Below, piece after piece: positions 24,902-34,238 of a stretch of 64,000 nucleotides of DNA. Each line of letters opens with the position of its first letter. The stretch's first letter is position 1. This stretch comes from Euryarchaeota archaeon UBA19 (GTDB lineage Archaea; Thermoplasmatota; Poseidoniia; Poseidoniales; Thalassarchaeaceae). The position numbers were made by a program, and so were the translations under genes. Location of the stretch: contig DAPQ01000075.1 in assembly GCA_002502175.1 (NCBI GenBank), positions 9,170-73,169 of the forward strand, read 5' to 3'. The notes beneath the pieces were generated by a model that saw only the letters and a list, made by a program, of their open reading frames with translations, did not search any database and had not been told where the DNA came from.

Positions 24902-27900
24902 TCAATTTGTTGTTCGGTCATCATATCGAATTGGCGAACCCGAATTTCCACGAACTCCATCTAACATATCGTCTTCGATTTCGAAGAAATCGTTAGCCCA
25001 ATCGCCATCTGTGTCCCAATTGGTGGGGTCGGTTCCATCGGCAATTTGATCTCCATCAATATCAATGATCCACCAACCCCATACAAATTCACCCAATCCA
25101 GTGTTTGGATAGTGATATCGATCTCCAGCAAAGCGTTGGTAGTTATCAGTCCAGGCACCATTAACGTGTACCTCGTCATCAGATTCGTCTAGGTATTGAT
25201 AATCCACATCATTATCATTTACGATGTGTGCATAGAGTAAATCGTCATTATTTATTTTGTACATCCTCATGTAATTGCTCTGTAAGGCAGCAGCTCCTCC
25301 ACAAGTTCCTAGCAGAGATTCCCTTAGTTGCCACCACTCCTGAACAATATTTCCTGAACAGTCGTATAGATTCGCCTGCCTTACCAAAGTTGGAGATGAG
25401 AGTGTTGCATTTACTACTCCGTAGTATTCTTGGAAGTTATTATAGGGCACGTAGACACAATTCCCTCCAGTACAATCCCAACCTCCATCGTTATCTGCGT
25501 CTTGTCCGGCATCGTTAGGGTCAGTCGCATCGTGAGTGAACCATGTATACTCTAAATCAGGTCTAGCAATGGTTCCCCCATTTACCTTCACAGGTTTCAG
25601 AACATTCGGAGTAACTTGATGCCAGACTACAGAGATTTCTAGATAAGACGACCAATTATCATTAGTCTCATTCCAACCTCGATAGTACTCGTAAAAGTCA
25701 GGCATCATATCTCCATCGGTATCATTGTCAAGGGGATTTGTTCCATATTTGAATACCTCGCGGCCATCTGAAAGATTGAGATTCTGTACATAATCAACCA
25801 CAATACCTCCACTAAATACTGGCTCCATTACCATGGAATCGTCATCGCTATCCAATTCCAACGGATGAGTTCCGTTATTGTATTCCATTAGGTTCGTGAA
25901 GTATAATTCAGAGTTAGAAGGAATAATTTGTTGATTGGCGCGAGCGGGAGTAAATTCTCTATTTTCCCAAACTCCTTGTTCTGCAGGGATGTCGAAAATT
26001 GTCCTGTCATACCAACCATCAGCATCTGGATCGTAATCAATATCCAACGGATTTAGTGGATTCAATGACCAACGATAGTCGTTGACTGGTAACCATTCCC
26101 CGTATATTGAGTAGCAAAATTCCCAACCATCTGGTAAACCATCGCTATCCGAATCTGAATTTGTTGGGTCTGAAACACCTGCGAGACTGAAATTAAAATT
26201 ATCAGGATCTATTGCGTTAATCAGACCAGCCCTATCACTTGATTCAATGTCCTTGGTCGAAAATAGAATCCACAATTGATCTGCTGCCGCCTGCTCGGAC
26301 ATACCTCTTTCTTGCATGTATGCGGTGATGGTATCCTGACCGTACGAAACCAACCCTGTTCCATTGGGAATTGTGTCGATAGCCGAGCGCTTACCGTATA
26401 CACGAGCATCATACTCAGCTAGGTTATCGAAGGATTCAGAATCTGAAATATACCCATCCCCATTACAATCGAACGAGTCATCATCACTATCGACATTGAT
26501 ATCGGTGTCTGTGAGTGGATTCATCGTCCAGATGTTATCCTCCAAATCCCATTCCGTGAACCAATATTCATATCCATCACTCATACCATCTCTATCGGTA
26601 TCATCAGAATTAGGATCTGTGATACCAAGTAAAGCAAGGAGAAGTGGTTTAGCGGGCTCTCCGTTTTGCCAATCATCGAATTGCTCTAGTGCGATTTCCG
26701 CTCTACCTTCCTTGTTGAATAGAATACGATAGACTCGATTTACTGCTTCATCCGGGTCTAGAGATTCTGCTTCTTCCCATAATCTAGGTGCGTCAGGAGG
26801 AGAAAGGCCTCCGTTCTGTGGATTTTTATTTGTAAGGTTCAATTCGACTAAATCCGTGATGCCATCTCGATCTGAATCATAATTACCATCACCTGCGATA
26901 AGCGGGTTAAGAGTCCATGTTTCATCCGTCGCATTCCATCTTGTGAACATTAATTCAATCCCATCAAGTAACCCATCTCCATCGGTATCAGGCTCATTGG
27001 GGTCTGCGGTATAACCTCTGAGTTGTATGTCTTCTTCACTGAGGAAAGTTCCGAAAGAGAGTGTCGATTCCGCCGACAGCCAAGGGGTAGCAAGTAATTC
27101 TCCTCCCACATGAAGTAAGTAAAATTGAGGGACTGTTGTAAGATCGTCTATTTCACTCAAATTGCCGTCAATTACGTTATACTCTTCCCAATTATTCATC
27201 CCATCTCCATCGGGGTCCCCGACTTGATCACCTTCGTTGACAGGATTTAATGTCCAGGATTCATCGAATAAACTCCAACGCGCGTGATAGAATTCCCATC
27301 CGTCTGGAATGCCATCCCTATCAGAATCAGAATCAAGTGGGTTAGCGGCGCCGACATCCTCACTCGTCGTACCATTGACTAGGCTACGATATGCAGTACT
27401 TGTTTGGTCACCGAATGAATCGCCTGCAAATCCTAACCAAGATTCATGAGTAAGTAAAGTTGTGAAGTTTTCAGGGAAAGCAAGTCCCGAATCAGTAGAA
27501 TCTGAATAGATGATTTGGTCCTTAAGGTGGTATTCAAGCCAATTTACAAGGCTCTCGTTGAGGTCAAGTACTCCATCGTGGTTAACATCAAATCCATCTC
27601 CATCTGGATTATTAAGAGCATCCGAGCCATTTAGAGGATTTATACCGCGATTATTTCTACCCCATGAACATTGATAGCGAGCTTCCCAGCCATCTGGTAA
27701 AGAATCACCATCTGAATCAGGATTGTTTGGATCTGTCTTCGTCCAAGTCAAGGCAGCACTAGCATTTTCTCCATGGGTTGGTAAACCCTCTAATGCAACA
27801 CTTTCTACATATAGACCCCATTTGTATTCACACACATTATCCAAGCCATCTCCATCAGCGTCCATAGTTGCATCGGATGGGTCTCTAGGGTCTAATGTCC

Positions 27901-30655
27901 ATAGGTTGCCACCTGTATACACGTCGCCAATCCAGCGGCGGTGTTCGATTTCCCAGCCATCCGGCATTCCATCTCCGTCGCTGTCTAAACTGGTTGGATC
28001 GGTAGGCCCGTCAGTGCCTCCTCCTGCACCAGAATTCAACCAACCGGATAGGTGTACATCTAAGGCGTCCTCTCCAACTTCATCATCACAAATATACTCA
28101 TCATTTAGGTAATGGCAAGAGAAGTCTGTAGAATCTGCAAACCATCCCCAATATTCCTGTCCATCAGTCAGACCATCGCCATCGGTGTCGATATTTCTCG
28201 GATCTGTTCCATTGAACCCTCCTTCACTTGTATTGACAAATCTATACTCGTCAAGGTTAGACCATTCTCGGTTAAAACTAACCCCATCAATGTCGAAGAA
28301 TACTCCATCGGCATCTGCATCCCTAAATCGGTCGTAGGGGTCTGTAGGATCTAGTCCGTAAACAAACTCCCAGCCATCCGGCATTCCATCTAAATCAGAA
28401 TCCATAGATTGCGGATTTATTGGCATGATGTTCATGTATTCGCCCGGAGAAACTCCAGCGAACAAATACTGCTTTCCATCATGAATGAAAGTTGTAAGGG
28501 AAGTCACAAGACCTGGCATCCTCGTTTGGTTTTCATCAATACCCAGAACTCCCTGTGAACCTCCTTCGAGGGCCCATGTTCCATCCCTTGAGCCCAACAA
28601 TATCTGTCCATCAATTGTATGGATTGAGTGGATGTCGTTAGCTCCTTCTTCCCAACGATCAATGTTGAACATCCTGTCTGTGTTGAATGCCTGTTTAGGA
28701 AGTCCAACAAACAAATCTAGGTCAATAAGGTGAAGTCCTCCAGGGGTACCCAACCAAACCCCAGTCACTTCCTCTAATGACCCGTCAGTGGCTACTGGAC
28801 CGGCTAACTCCATGACATTGACTACAGCCGACTTTGATTGATTCAGCAAGTCAGCGAATTGCACGTATTCTTCTGCATCCTCTGTGGTGTATATCCAGAA
28901 TGGTTCCCCTATGGAAGACGTACCATCTGTCGTATCCCATCGAATCATTCCACTATCGGTTCCGACAATCAACATTGGACCTCTGCCGGGCATTGGAACG
29001 TGAATGACTTCGGTGAGTGATGCACCAACTGGGTCCAACATTTCGGTTAGTTCTTGTATCGCAATCGCTTCACTAAAGTCAGGGTCACCAGATCCCGAAG
29101 ATGGCTCAGAGATTGTAATTCTCCAAGCATTTGAACCGTATCCGAGTAAAATTAAATCCAAATCTCCGCTACCTGTTTCTAAGTGTTCTATCACTTGAAT
29201 AGACCCTAAGTTTGAATCAGACAATGTATCCATCTGTGGTAATCCATTTTCAAGGATTAGAGAATGTATCCCATGATTAGTCCCCAAAATAAGGTAATCT
29301 TCGGAAGATGGATTCCAACGAATCATAGTGAATAATTCCATGCCACTCGGCAAATCAAAAGTCGAAGAAATGCCCTCAAAAGGATCTATCGCTGTTATTC
29401 CATATGCTGAACCTACGAGTAGACGATCTCGAGGATTATCCGGTAGAACGGTATGTACCCTTCCATCAACCAACATTGGATTTGTTCCTTGGTCGAATAG
29501 CATTACTTCATCCAATTGGTGAGTCAACATGGTCCCCCTTAATCCAGGACGAACCCAGTGGCCACTGTCCATGTGAATCAAATATTCTTCATAATTGCTG
29601 AACGCCTCACCCCAACGAGCTGTCGCAATTGATGAATCAGGAATAATAAATCCGTCTCTATCGATATCCCAACCGTCTGAATCAGAATCTAGGGTCGCAT
29701 CACTTGCATTTCTTGGGTCAAGTCCGTAGTATGCCTCCCAACCATCAGGAATACCGTCTCCGGGCACTGCTAAACTGGTTGGAACTATTTCACTCCAAGT
29801 ATAATGATCAGAGTCCATACGACGAGGGTCACTTCCCAACCATCCATCGTCACCTGTAGGTCTCTGAATCTCATCTTGACAGGCATCAGGGTGCAGGTTA
29901 GGCATTATTCCAGAACACCACAGACCGTCCCTTTCTGTTAGCCAATCTGAAGGTGTACCGAACCAATATTCTTCAGAATTAGTGTATCTTTCATCTAGAT
30001 CAATTTCCCCGTCTCGATTTACGTCAAATCCATCCCCACAACCCCATTCACTGGCCTGTTCAATACAGAGGTCTGCATCTTCAATTGCGTCTGAATCATC
30101 TAAGGGGTCAAAGTATAGACAAGTCCATTCACTAGTTGCAGGATTTTGGTAACCAGCACCTCCTTCGGTACACATGTAAATTTCATACCCATCTGGAAGA
30201 CCATCTCCGTCTGTATCAGATTCACGTGGATCTAAATACTCTCTAAATCCAGATTCTGTTTCATCTGGAGATTTGCCGGTTAGTGAAAGACGCTCCGTAA
30301 AGCAGGTTTCCAAAGTCCACGGCCAACAATATTCCATCAATGCGCTAGCGCCATCTCTATCAAAATCGGTGATATTATCCGAACCATTCATTGGGTCTAG
30401 ACCTTCAACCACTACAACTCCAAAGGGTGTATCGATATGTCTAGATTCACTAAAAATCACCTCATGGATATCAGGGATTAAGTCTTCGTCTTGGTCAACG
30501 GCCATAGGCCCTGAACCTGGCACATCTGGTGGGTCGACCGATGACACTGGTGCCTGTGGTCTAGTTTGAGAAACGAACACAAGGCTACTCAAAATCAACA
30601 ATGTAACGAGAAACGCGGTTTGCTTCCGTCGCATGGTATGACCTCTGGTGGACAT
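24902..30655 (-). CDS. Giant secreted calcium-binding protein: about 20 thrombospondin type-3-like repeats flanking a beta-propeller-like region
   Basis: Signal anchor MRRKQTAFLVTLLILSSLVFVSQT. Many D-x-D-x-D-G-x-x-D-x-x-E units (DTDGDGLPDGYE, DSDLDGMPDGWE, DSDGDGMPDGWE, DADGDGLDNVCE, DTDGDGLLDGIE, DSDSDGLPDGWE and others). Residues about 400-740 carry repeated h-h-h-G-T-x-x-G motifs (LILGTNHGIHSL, LIVGTDSGMIRW, VWLGTPGGLHLI, ILLGSRDGTWAL). M8 (ATG 30634) has GAGGTC 5 nt upstream and may be the real start. Confidence 0.8.
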   Translation of the reverse strand: MSTRGHTMRRKQTAFLVTLLILSSLVFVSQTRPQAPVSSVDPPDVPGSGPMAVDQDEDLIPDIHEVIFSESRHIDTPFGVVVVEGLDPMNGSDNITDFDRDGASALMEYCWPWTLETCFTERLSLTGKSPDETESGFREYLDPRESDTDGDGLPDGYEIYMCTEGGAGYQNPATSEWTCLYFDPLDDSDAIEDADLCIEQASEWGCGDGFDVNRDGEIDLDERYTNSEEYWFGTPSDWLTERDGLWCSGIMPNLHPDACQDEIQRPTGDDGWLGSDPRRMDSDHYTWSEIVPTSLAVPGDGIPDGWEAYYGLDPRNASDATLDSDSDGWDIDRDGFIIPDSSIATARWGEAFSNYEEYLIHMDSGHWVRPGLRGTMLTHQLDEVMLFDQGTNPMLVDGRVHTVLPDNPRDRLLVGSAYGITAIDPFEGISSTFDLPSGMELFTMIRWNPSSEDYLILGTNHGIHSLILENGLPQMDTLSDSNLGSIQVIEHLETGSGDLDLILLGYGSNAWRITISEPSSGSGDPDFSEAIAIQELTEMLDPVGASLTEVIHVPMPGRGPMLIVGTDSGMIRWDTTDGTSSIGEPFWIYTTEDAEEYVQFADLLNQSKSAVVNVMELAGPVATDGSLEEVTGVWLGTPGGLHLIDLDLFVGLPKQAFNTDRMFNIDRWEEGANDIHSIHTIDGQILLGSRDGTWALEGGSQGVLGIDENQTRMPGLVTSLTTFIHDGKQYLFAGVSPGEYMNIMPINPQSMDSDLDGMPDGWEFVYGLDPTDPYDRFRDADADGVFFDIDGVSFNREWSNLDEYRFVNTSEGGFNGTDPRNIDTDGDGLTDGQEYWGWFADSTDFSCHYLNDEYICDDEVGEDALDVHLSGWLNSGAGGGTDGPTDPTSLDSDGDGMPDGWEIEHRRWIGDVYTGGNLWTLDPRDPSDATMDADGDGLDNVCEYKWGLYVESVALEGLPTHGENASAALTWTKTDPNNPDSDGDSLPDGWEARYQCSWGRNNRGINPLNGSDALNNPDGDGFDVNHDGVLDLNESLVNWLEYHLKDQIIYSDSTDSGLAFPENFTTLLTHESWLGFAGDSFGDQTSTAYRSLVNGTTSEDVGAANPLDSDSDRDGIPDGWEFYHARWSLFDESWTLNPVNEGDQVGDPDGDGMNNWEEYNVIDGNLSEIDDLTTVPQFYLLHVGGELLATPWLSAESTLSFGTFLSEEDIQLRGYTADPNEPDTDGDGLLDGIELMFTRWNATDETWTLNPLIAGDGNYDSDRDGITDLVELNLTNKNPQNGGLSPPDAPRLWEEAESLDPDEAVNRVYRILFNKEGRAEIALEQFDDWQNGEPAKPLLLALLGITDPNSDDTDRDGMSDGYEYWFTEWDLEDNIWTMNPLTDTDINVDSDDDSFDCNGDGYISDSESFDNLAEYDARVYGKRSAIDTIPNGTGLVSYGQDTITAYMQERGMSEQAAADQLWILFSTKDIESSDRAGLINAIDPDNFNFSLAGVSDPTNSDSDSDGLPDGWEFCYSIYGEWLPVNDYRWSLNPLNPLDIDYDPDADGWYDRTIFDIPAEQGVWENREFTPARANQQIIPSNSELYFTNLMEYNNGTHPLELDSDDDSMVMEPVFSGGIVVDYVQNLNLSDGREVFKYGTNPLDNDTDGDMMPDFYEYYRGWNETNDNWSSYLEISVVWHQVTPNVLKPVKVNGGTIARPDLEYTWFTHDATDPNDAGQDADNDGGWDCTGGNCVYVPYNNFQEYYGVVNATLSSPTLVRQANLYDCSGNIVQEWWQLRESLLGTCGGAAALQSNYMRMYKINNDDLLYAHIVNDNDVDYQYLDESDDEVHVNGAWTDNYQRFAGDRYHYPNTGLGEFVWGWWIIDIDGDQIADGTDPTNWDTDGDWANDFFEIEDDMLDGVRGNSGSPIRYDDRTTN

Positions 30656-30725
30656 ACGTAAGCGCTCTTGTTTGACTTATGACGGTGATGGAGCGTCGTT
30701 CGGACATACTCCCCATATACTTGTC

Positions 30726-30742
30726 CGACGGCTACGCCGTCG
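30726..30742. other. Hairpin CGACGGC-TAC-GCCGTCG in a divergent intergenic region
   Basis: Perfect 7-bp stem with a 3-nt loop. It overlaps by 3 nt a second potential hairpin, TCGGACA-(15 nt)-TGTCCGA (30700-30728). Confidence 0.3.
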
Positions 30743-30833
30743 CGTACGTGAGAGGGCTAGAGAATTAGTGAATTTGATTTCAGTTCTGGGGTTGCATTGA
30801 AGACCTTACAGCCTCGCCCCATCTACTGATTGA

Positions 30834-31643
30834 ATGACCTTAGACATAACTCACCTTGGAAGTGGTAGCCGTGGTAATGCCACACTACTTTCTACTGGTG
30901 ACACAAGGGTGATTGTTGATTGTGGATTTTCATTAAAAAAAATGGAAGAACGATTGAATTTAGCAGGAGTAAAAGCGAGTTCCATCGATGCAATAATTGT
31001 AAGTCACCATCACTCTGATCATTCCAATTCAGCTGCTAGGGCCTCAAAAAAGTGGGGTGCACGGTTGTACGCTAATTTGGAGACAACCATGAGGTTGGGG
31101 CTAGAGCCTATTTCTCAGGTTAGAACTTTTGAGGGGCTAGAAAGATTGCATATCTCTGACGATTTGAGTTTGCTTCCTGTTCCCGTGCCACACGATGATG
31201 CAGATAATGTCGCAGTAATTGCCAGTAACGGCGACGGAAGACGAGCGGCTATTGTCACTGATTTAGGCGAGCCAACTATTGAATTAATGAAGCATTTATC
31301 TGGATGTGAACACATCTCTATTGAGGCAAATTATGATTTGAATAGACTGATTTCTGGCCCATATCCACCGTCCCTAAAAAAACGTATTTCGGGAAGAGGA
31401 GGTCACCTTTCAAATCAACAAACTGCTGATATTTTAGCAGAGATTTTACATCCGAAATTGACTAGCATAGTACTTTGCCATTTGTCTGAGAAAAATAACG
31501 CACCTCATTTAGCAGAATCTGAGGTATTACACCAAATTGGTGAAAAATTCAACGGGGTTCTTTCTATCTCTAAACAAGAAGGGCCAGAGTTTTCCAATAG
31601 GCTTGGACAGGGTGAGTTAACAAAAATCAACCCTATTCTTTGA
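30834..31643 (+). CDS. Metallo-beta-lactamase-fold hydrolase (YycJ/PhnP-like)
   Basis: H-x-H-x-D-H motif in IIVSHHHSDHSN. N-terminal HLGSGSRGNATLL strand typical of this MBL subgroup. Confidence 0.75.
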   Translation: MTLDITHLGSGSRGNATLLSTGDTRVIVDCGFSLKKMEERLNLAGVKASSIDAIIVSHHHSDHSNSAARASKKWGARLYANLETTMRLGLEPISQVRTFEGLERLHISDDLSLLPVPVPHDDADNVAVIASNGDGRRAAIVTDLGEPTIELMKHLSGCEHISIEANYDLNRLISGPYPPSLKKRISGRGGHLSNQQTADILAEILHPKLTSIVLCHLSEKNNAPHLAESEVLHQIGEKFNGVLSISKQEGPEFSNRLGQGELTKINPIL

Positions 31644-31651
31644 ACTTCAAT

Positions 31652-34180
31652 TCAATGACCCATGATTGCTCGATGTACTGCAGTTTGAACATCCCTCATT
31701 CGATCAACGGCACCTAACTCACGGAATACTGTAAGGGAGCGTTGTAGGTAATTCATTCTAGCAGAACGATCGCTCTCAACCTCACCTAACCTTGCAAGTA
31801 ATTCACCTTGTAATAATCTGAAATCATTGGCTTCAGCGACCGCAAGACCATCCAAGTAACGTTCTGCGGCCTCCGATTTCCTGCCAGCATCGCTTAGGAC
31901 TTGGCCTAGCAACATTTCAACCTCTACAGCACTGTGAGGATCTGTTGCCTCAGATAATATTTCCAACGCTGCCGAATAGTGAAGTAAAGCCAAATCGTTA
32001 TCTTTCATCCTAGCATAATATCTGCCTAAAACTGCCCTACTGCGAGCATGTAGGGCATCTAATCCATTGTCCTTTGTACCGTCGTGAGCCGCCATCGCAT
32101 GATCTCTAGCACGATCTAACTCACCCATCTCTAGGAAGGCTGATGCTAGCCTCACTCTGGCATCCATCAAACTCGGATCGGTTTCTGCGTCTAGCAACTC
32201 CTCGACGTTCCCATATACTTCCAGAGCGTGTCTAGTGTCTCTACGTCGGCGGAAAATATATCCCATGTTGATGTAGGATCTCGATGCGCCAACAGCATCT
32301 CTTTTTGCTATCTGAATTTCTAATGCTTGACGGTGCAATTCTAAGGCGTCATCCATAGCACCTCGCTTTATAGCGATGTCAGCACGAGCTGAAAGTAACC
32401 GGGCAAGTATCTCCGCCTCCTTGTGTTTCTTGGCGGTTGGAATAGCCGCGGCGTATTCTTCTTCTGCCTCATCCCATCGGCCTTGGATGGAGAGAATATC
32501 TCCTCTAAGTTCTCTAATCAAGCCCCATTGAATGGCGCTAAATCCATCCGATTCTAAGCCTCGGAGAATACCTAGGAGTTCGATATGACCAGACTTAACC
32601 AATTCTCTTCCATCTCGTTGCAATACCTCGGCAAGTGTATCCATATTTCCGGATGCATTTAGATGATGGATGAATTCTATCTTCTCAACAGCAGTTTCGG
32701 TTCTTGTTCTGTACCATTCTACTGCATTATTGTGTAACTCAGCTTTCAATGATTCATCCATTGACCGAACAAGGAATTCTCTTACTAAATCGTGAACATC
32801 ATAGTTGTCAGAATCAATCCTTCTGGCTAATCCTTTCTCTACTAGATCGTCTAGTAAATCCAAGTCAGCATCTAATGTACTCAGTGAGGCCAATGGCATT
32901 GGCTCACGGAATACTGCAATGGCCCCCAGAAGGCGCTTTTGGGGCCCTGATAATTTACTGAAAATTTCCTTCTCGACAAAGGCCTCTAAGGTTGAGTGGA
33001 AGGTTTCCCCAACACTACCTCGATTTATCAATTCAAGGACCAATGGATGTCCTCTTGAAAGAGTATAGATGTGAAGGAATTGTTGTAAATCAATATCTGG
33101 CATCGCAGTTAGAATTTGCCTGCTAGAATCTTGGTCTAGGCCCTCTAATGGTAGGAAATGCGCCACTGTATTACCACTAGAATCATTTTCTGGAACCACC
33201 ATTCTAAATGATCTAGAGAACATAACTAGTCCTAATTCATCCGCCTCAGGTATGCGAAGGGTTAGCCCTCTAAGAATTGCTACAAAGTTCTCATCGGCTA
33301 CCTTGTGCAAGTCATCTACGACAATTAGGGCAGGGGAATTTTTCAGTCCCTCGATAATTATGTTTACTGCCATTGTTACCTGTGGCACTGGGGTTGAGGA
33401 AACGTAATCGCTCAAGTCGTTGTTTCCAATCATTGCAAGCCATTCCGAACAAGCCTCTAGAAACGCTCTCGAACCTTCCCAGTCTTGACACCGGTGATAG
33501 AGTAGATTTCTTCGATGGGTAAAACGCTCGAGTAATTTTGCCGATAAGGCGGTTTTGCCTATTCCTGCAATTCCTGGCACTAATAGTGTTGTAGATTCAG
33601 ATTCTAAGATTTGGGCCATTTTGGTAATTTCATCATCACGTCCAAAGAATCGGCGTAATCTAGGTAAATCATTCAGGGAATTTACTAATTGCTTCTCGAT
33701 ATGTTTAGAAAGATCTCTTTCAATTAAGTCGGGAGATAATGTTGACAAGTCTAGGGTACCGGAATCATCTAGATATCTCAGAATATCTACGTGTCTCAGT
33801 GGGAGTTCGGTTTTCTCTAGGGCTGTTTGTAGATCTAGATTTTCAGCTCGTCCGTCCGAGTGAATTAATCGAACAGGTTGTTCACATACCTTATCCCAGA
33901 TACTGTCTGCAAGACTAACTCCTTCTGTAGTTAGGAAGTAGGCTTTCCTTTTTCTCGAAACACCCGTGACGTGAGCTTGTCGCTCAATTAGATGACCTGA
34001 TTCTTTCATCCCAGAAATCGCACGAGGTACATTTGACCTTGCTATTGATACAGCATTTGCAATACCCATTTGAGAAATCGCAAAAGGCACCTCTACCTTG
34101 TCCGCGTAGTCAACATAATCACGGAGATGAAGTAAAATGCGTTCCTGAACGCCAGGACGTGTAGTAGCCATGGACGCCAT
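31652..34180 (-). CDS. STAND-type NTPase regulator: wHTH + P-loop NTPase + TPR repeats
   Basis: N-terminal wHTH-like FAISQMGIANAVSIARSNVPRAISGMKESGHLIERQ. Walker A VPGIAGIGKT (nt 33551-33580) and Walker B-like ALIVVDDLH. The C-terminal 300 aa or so hold TPR-like repeats (e.g. WDEAEEEYAAAI, DDALELHRQALEI, HALEVYGNVEEL, LDRARDHAMAA, DLALLHYSAALEIL). Confidence 0.75.
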   Translation of the reverse strand: MASMATTRPGVQERILLHLRDYVDYADKVEVPFAISQMGIANAVSIARSNVPRAISGMKESGHLIERQAHVTGVSRKRKAYFLTTEGVSLADSIWDKVCEQPVRLIHSDGRAENLDLQTALEKTELPLRHVDILRYLDDSGTLDLSTLSPDLIERDLSKHIEKQLVNSLNDLPRLRRFFGRDDEITKMAQILESESTTLLVPGIAGIGKTALSAKLLERFTHRRNLLYHRCQDWEGSRAFLEACSEWLAMIGNNDLSDYVSSTPVPQVTMAVNIIIEGLKNSPALIVVDDLHKVADENFVAILRGLTLRIPEADELGLVMFSRSFRMVVPENDSSGNTVAHFLPLEGLDQDSSRQILTAMPDIDLQQFLHIYTLSRGHPLVLELINRGSVGETFHSTLEAFVEKEIFSKLSGPQKRLLGAIAVFREPMPLASLSTLDADLDLLDDLVEKGLARRIDSDNYDVHDLVREFLVRSMDESLKAELHNNAVEWYRTRTETAVEKIEFIHHLNASGNMDTLAEVLQRDGRELVKSGHIELLGILRGLESDGFSAIQWGLIRELRGDILSIQGRWDEAEEEYAAAIPTAKKHKEAEILARLLSARADIAIKRGAMDDALELHRQALEIQIAKRDAVGASRSYINMGYIFRRRRDTRHALEVYGNVEELLDAETDPSLMDARVRLASAFLEMGELDRARDHAMAAHDGTKDNGLDALHARSRAVLGRYYARMKDNDLALLHYSAALEILSEATDPHSAVEVEMLLGQVLSDAGRKSEAAERYLDGLAVAEANDFRLLQGELLARLGEVESDRSARMNYLQRSLTVFRELGAVDRMRDVQTAVHRAIMGH

Positions 34181-34185
34181 TATCG

Positions 34186-34191
34186 CACCTG
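34186..34191 (-). promoter_or_regulatory. Shine-Dalgarno-like CAGGTG upstream of the STAND gene
   Basis: The minus strand reads aaatcgCAGGTGcgataATG. The GGTG core lies 5 nt from the start, within a small ATCGC/GCGAT hairpin (34182-34195). Confidence 0.45.
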
Positions 34192-34238
34192 CGATTTCTA
34201 TTATTCAAGAAATTAACCGTATGGTGGGCTTTATTGCT

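Noticed and set aside
31652-34180. Interpreting the STAND NTPase as an Avs-like antiviral defence protein, with the adjacent MBL hydrolase as its effector.
   Set aside because: The N-terminal module looks like a DNA-binding wHTH rather than a nuclease or protease effector. The MBL gene is convergent rather than co-transcribed, and no other defence genes are nearby. It is kept only as a low-probability alternative.
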